DNA of 64,000 nt from an uncultured Thermoleophilia bacterium (GTDB lineage: Bacteria; Actinomycetota; Thermoleophilia; UBA2241): NCBI GenBank assembly GCA_963702475.1, contig CAVPCT010000004.1, forward strand, positions 352,001 through 416,000, given 5' to 3'. The notes beneath the pieces are model-generated. The model ran no database searches. It worked only from the letters and a program-made list of their open reading frames with translations, and was not told the DNA's origin. The position numbers were made by a program, and so were the translations under genes. Below are positions 61,159 through 64,000 of the stretch, in pieces; the first letter of the stretch is position 1; every line of letters begins with the position of its first letter.

Positions 61159-62681
61159 TCAGGGTCCGTCTGGGCCGATCTGCACCGGTGTGTCTCTGGA
61201 CTCGGTGTCGCCGAGGCCGAGTTGCCCCAGGGCGTTGTCGCCCCAGGTCAGCAGGGTCCCGTCCTGCGTCAAGCCGAGCGAGAAGTCGGCGCCGGCCGAG
61301 GCGGCCGTCCAGCCGGCGTCGTCGCCCACCCGGGTCGGGGACGTCCTATCGTCCGTATCGCCGAGCCCCAGCTGGCCGCGGCCGTTCCAGCCGAAGGCCC
61401 ACAACGTGCCGTCGCTCTTGAGGGCGAGGCCGTGGTACCAGCCGCCGGCGACGGCCGACCAGCCGGTGCGCGTGCCGGCCCGAGCGGGGACGAGGCGTTG
61501 CGCCGTATCGCCGAGCCCGAGCTGGCCGTTTCCGTTGTAACCCCAGCTGAGGAGCTCGCCGCCGACCGAGACGGCAAGCGTGAACGCCATGCCACAGCTC
61601 ACTGTCCGCCAGGCCGTCGTGTCACCGATCACCCGCGTCGGAACCAGCCTTGACCTGGTGTCGCCCACGCCCAGCTGGCCGTTGCCGTTGAAGCCCCAAG
61701 TCCAGAGGCCGCCGCCGTCCTTCAGCCCTGCGGCATGGTTCCATCCGGCCGCGACCGCCGCCCAGTCCGCGTCGCGGCCGACCCGTGTCGGTGAGGTCCG
61801 TTGCGCGCCGTCCCCCACGCCCAGCTGGCCGTTGCCGTTGGCGCCCCAGGCCCACAGGGTGCCGTCGCTCTTGAGGGCGAGGCTGAAGCGCCGGCCGGCC
61901 GCGACCGCCTCCCAGTCACGGCCGTCGCCGATCTGGGCCGGTGAACTCACGGTCGTCGTGGTCTCGCCGATCCCCAGCTGCCCCTCTGCGTCGCCGCCCC
62001 AGGCCCACAGGGTGCCGTCGCTCCTAAGGGCGAGGGTGTGGTCCTCGCCCGCGGACACGGCCGCCCACGCGGTGTCCGTGGTGACCTGCGAGGGCATCGG
62101 GTGCGGGTCTTCGTCGAGGGAGCCGAGGCCGAGCTGGCCTCGCGCGTCACCGCCCCAGGCCCACAGGGTGCCGTCACCGGCCACGGCGGCCGTGCCGGCT
62201 CCGCCGGCGGACGCGACGGTCCAGATGGAGGGCAGCTCGATCACGTCGAGGTGGAGCACGGCGCTCCGGACCTTGAGCTTGCCGGCCCTGTACTGGGCGA
62301 GGAGCTGCCAGGCGCCGGCGCTTCGGGCCGTCACATCCGCGCTGAACGTACCGTCCTCGGCGACGTCGGTCGTCGCCACGTTCTTCCAGCGTGCGCCGGC
62401 GCGCTGCAGGATGGAAACGGTGGTCGCGCCCTCCCGTGGGTCGGTCACGATGCCGGCCACCGTCGCCGGGGTCCCCACGGTGACGGTGGTGGACGAGGAC
62501 CGGAGGCTCACGGTGGGCTTGGGGGCTGCGGCGTCGGCGCAGGGGGGAGCAGCAGGACCGCCGCTGTGAGGGCGAAGAGGCCCGCCGAGAACCAGGGACG
62601 GAGCTGGCCGGCGCATCTGCTGCGAAGGCGGCGGGCGATGGCGAAGTCGCGGGCGTCGTGCACTGGGTCTCCTGAGCGCAT
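61159..62681 (-). CDS. Secreted RCC1-repeat beta-propeller protein (frameshift near 62545)
   Basis: About 7 repeats of '[26 protein letters not shown]'; signal peptide in the neighbouring frame across a C6 run. Confidence 0.88.
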
Positions 62682-62726
62682 GTGACCGGGGCGCGAGCAC
62701 GGTAGCAACGCCGTGTGAGCAGCCGA

Positions 62727-62966
62727 TTAGCCGTTGCTCAGGATCCCGCTTGCGCTCTTACAGGCGTGGCAGGCGCCGTCGCAGCCCAGCGTCACCACGG
62801 TGAGGCATCGCGGGCAGCGGAGCACCGGTGCATCGGGTGTGAAGCCGCAGGTGGCGCAAGCCGGCAGACACGCCACCCGAGAGGGAGGCGCGCCCCGTGC
62901 GGCCGTCGTGAAGGCGACGGGCAGCGGCGCGGCGCCCGATGCTCCGCCGCGCGTACGCCGCTTCAC
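62727..62966 (-). CDS. Small Cys-rich FeoB-associated protein
   Basis: GTGA overlap with the feoB stop; 'CATCG...RCPRC...GCDGACHAC'. Confidence 0.65.
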   Translation of the reverse strand: MKRRTRGGASGAAPLPVAFTTAARGAPPSRVACLPACATCGFTPDAPVLRCPRCLTVVTLGCDGACHACKSASGILSNG

Positions 62967-64000
62967 AGCAGCCCCGCGATCTGCGCCACCACGCCGCCGA
63001 CGACGAACGCCAGCCCGATGCTGCCGAGCCAGGCGAAGGCGGTGAAGGCCTTGCCGCGCTCCTTCATGATCACGAGCACGGAGGCGATGCAGGGCACGAA
63101 GAGCGTGATGGTGACGAGCGCGACGAGGATCTGCGTGCTCGTCAGGTGCAGGTCGTACAGACCGGCGGCTCCGAAGTCGCGGCGCACGAAGCCCATGACG
63201 AAGGCGTTGGCCGCGTCTGCCGGCAGCCGCAGCCATCCTACGGTGAGCGGCGTGAGCACGTTCTGCAGCCAGGTCAGGGCCCCGGTGATGCTCAGCACGC
63301 TGAGCAGCAGGGCGCCGGCCGCGAAGTACAGGACGACCTCCTTCATGAACATCAGCGTCTTGTGCCAGGTCTTGGTGAGCACGTTGCGCGGCCGCGGCAG
63401 ACGCATGGGCGGCAGGTCGATGAAGAGGTCGGTCGACCTGCCCGGCAGGAAGTGGGCCATCAGGCGGCCGATCAAGCCGAAGACGAGCACCATGATGACG
63501 GTGTAGGCGAACGCCACCGCGCCACCGGCCGCCCCGAGCAGGGCGATGATCACGCCGAGCTGGGCGGAACAGGGGATGGCGAACGCCATCAGGGCGGTCG
63601 CGATGCGCCGCTCGCGCTCGTTACCGAGGATGCGCGTGGTGATCGTGGCCATGGTGATGCAGCCGAAGCCGAGGATGATGGGGACGATGGCGCGGCCGTT
63701 CAGGCCGATGCCCGTCATCAGCCTGTCCGAGAGCGCGGCGATGCGCGGCAGGTAGCCGGAGTCCTCGAGGGTGGAGAGCAGCAGGTAGAAGGCGAGGACG
63801 AGCGGGAGCAACAGGCCGAAGACGTACGTGACGGTCATGGTCACGACGCCGAACTCCCCGGCGAGGATCTCGTAGGCAGGCCCGGAGGTGCCGGTCACCT
63901 GTGCGATGAGGTCGCGCAGGAAGGGCTCGACGTAGCCGACCATGAGCACGCCTTCGGTGAAGCCGACCACGTTGCCGGCCACGAACACGCCGATCACCTG
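62963..64000 (-). CDS. feoB: Ferrous iron transporter FeoB, membrane part (5' outside window)
   Basis: 'LEDSGYLPR', 'GFGC', 'IPCSAQ', 'DLPPMRLP', 'LFVPCIAS'. Confidence 0.93.
   Translation of the reverse strand, partial: QVIGVFVAGNVVGFTEGVLMVGYVEPFLRDLIAQVTGTSGPAYEILAGEFGVVTMTVTYVFGLLLPLVLAFYLLLSTLEDSGYLPRIAALSDRLMTGIGLNGRAIVPIILGFGCITMATITTRILGNERERRIATALMAFAIPCSAQLGVIIALLGAAGGAVAFAYTVIMVLVFGLIGRLMAHFLPGRSTDLFIDLPPMRLPRPRNVLTKTWHKTLMFMKEVVLYFAAGALLLSVLSITGALTWLQNVLTPLTVGWLRLPADAANAFVMGFVRRDFGAAGLYDLHLTSTQILVALVTITLFVPCIASVLVIMKERGKAFTAFAWLGSIGLAFVVGGVVAQIAGLL

Noticed and set aside
61159-62220. Periodic ~150-bp DNA repeats suggesting a CRISPR-like array
   Set aside because: They are coding RCC1 propeller repeats with synonymous variation

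Overview
A very GC-rich (roughly 70%+) bacterial chromosomal segment. Gene content and leaderless promoters suggest an Actinomycetota, possibly Thermoleophilia-like, organism with anaerobic traits (inference). It is a densely coding mix of transport, stress and redox genes: three MFS, two ABC systems, EamA, a P1B ATPase, FeoB, two rubrerythrins, MsrB, hemerythrin, TelA/XpaC, HtrA and agmatine deiminase. Highlights: (1) a ~1421-aa single-chain selenocysteine formate dehydrogenase, split by the ORF track at an in-frame UGA (34919-34921) followed by an fdhF-type SECIS, with a GltD-like NADPH flavin module inserted in its N-terminal Fe-S region. (2) A putative metal/envelope-stress module: a small secreted His-rich peptide, a membrane-anchored ECF sigma with a His-rich tail, and HtrA with an MprA-type box. 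(3) A candidate sRNA with four C-rich-loop hairpins, reminiscent of 6C RNA, ahead of an orphan AbiEi-like gene. (4) Decayed restriction-modification remnants, including an HsdM-start/HsdS-fragment deletion scar. About ten small frameshifts in otherwise intact genes look like long-read indel errors. No rRNA, tRNA, CRISPR array or intact transposase was recognised.
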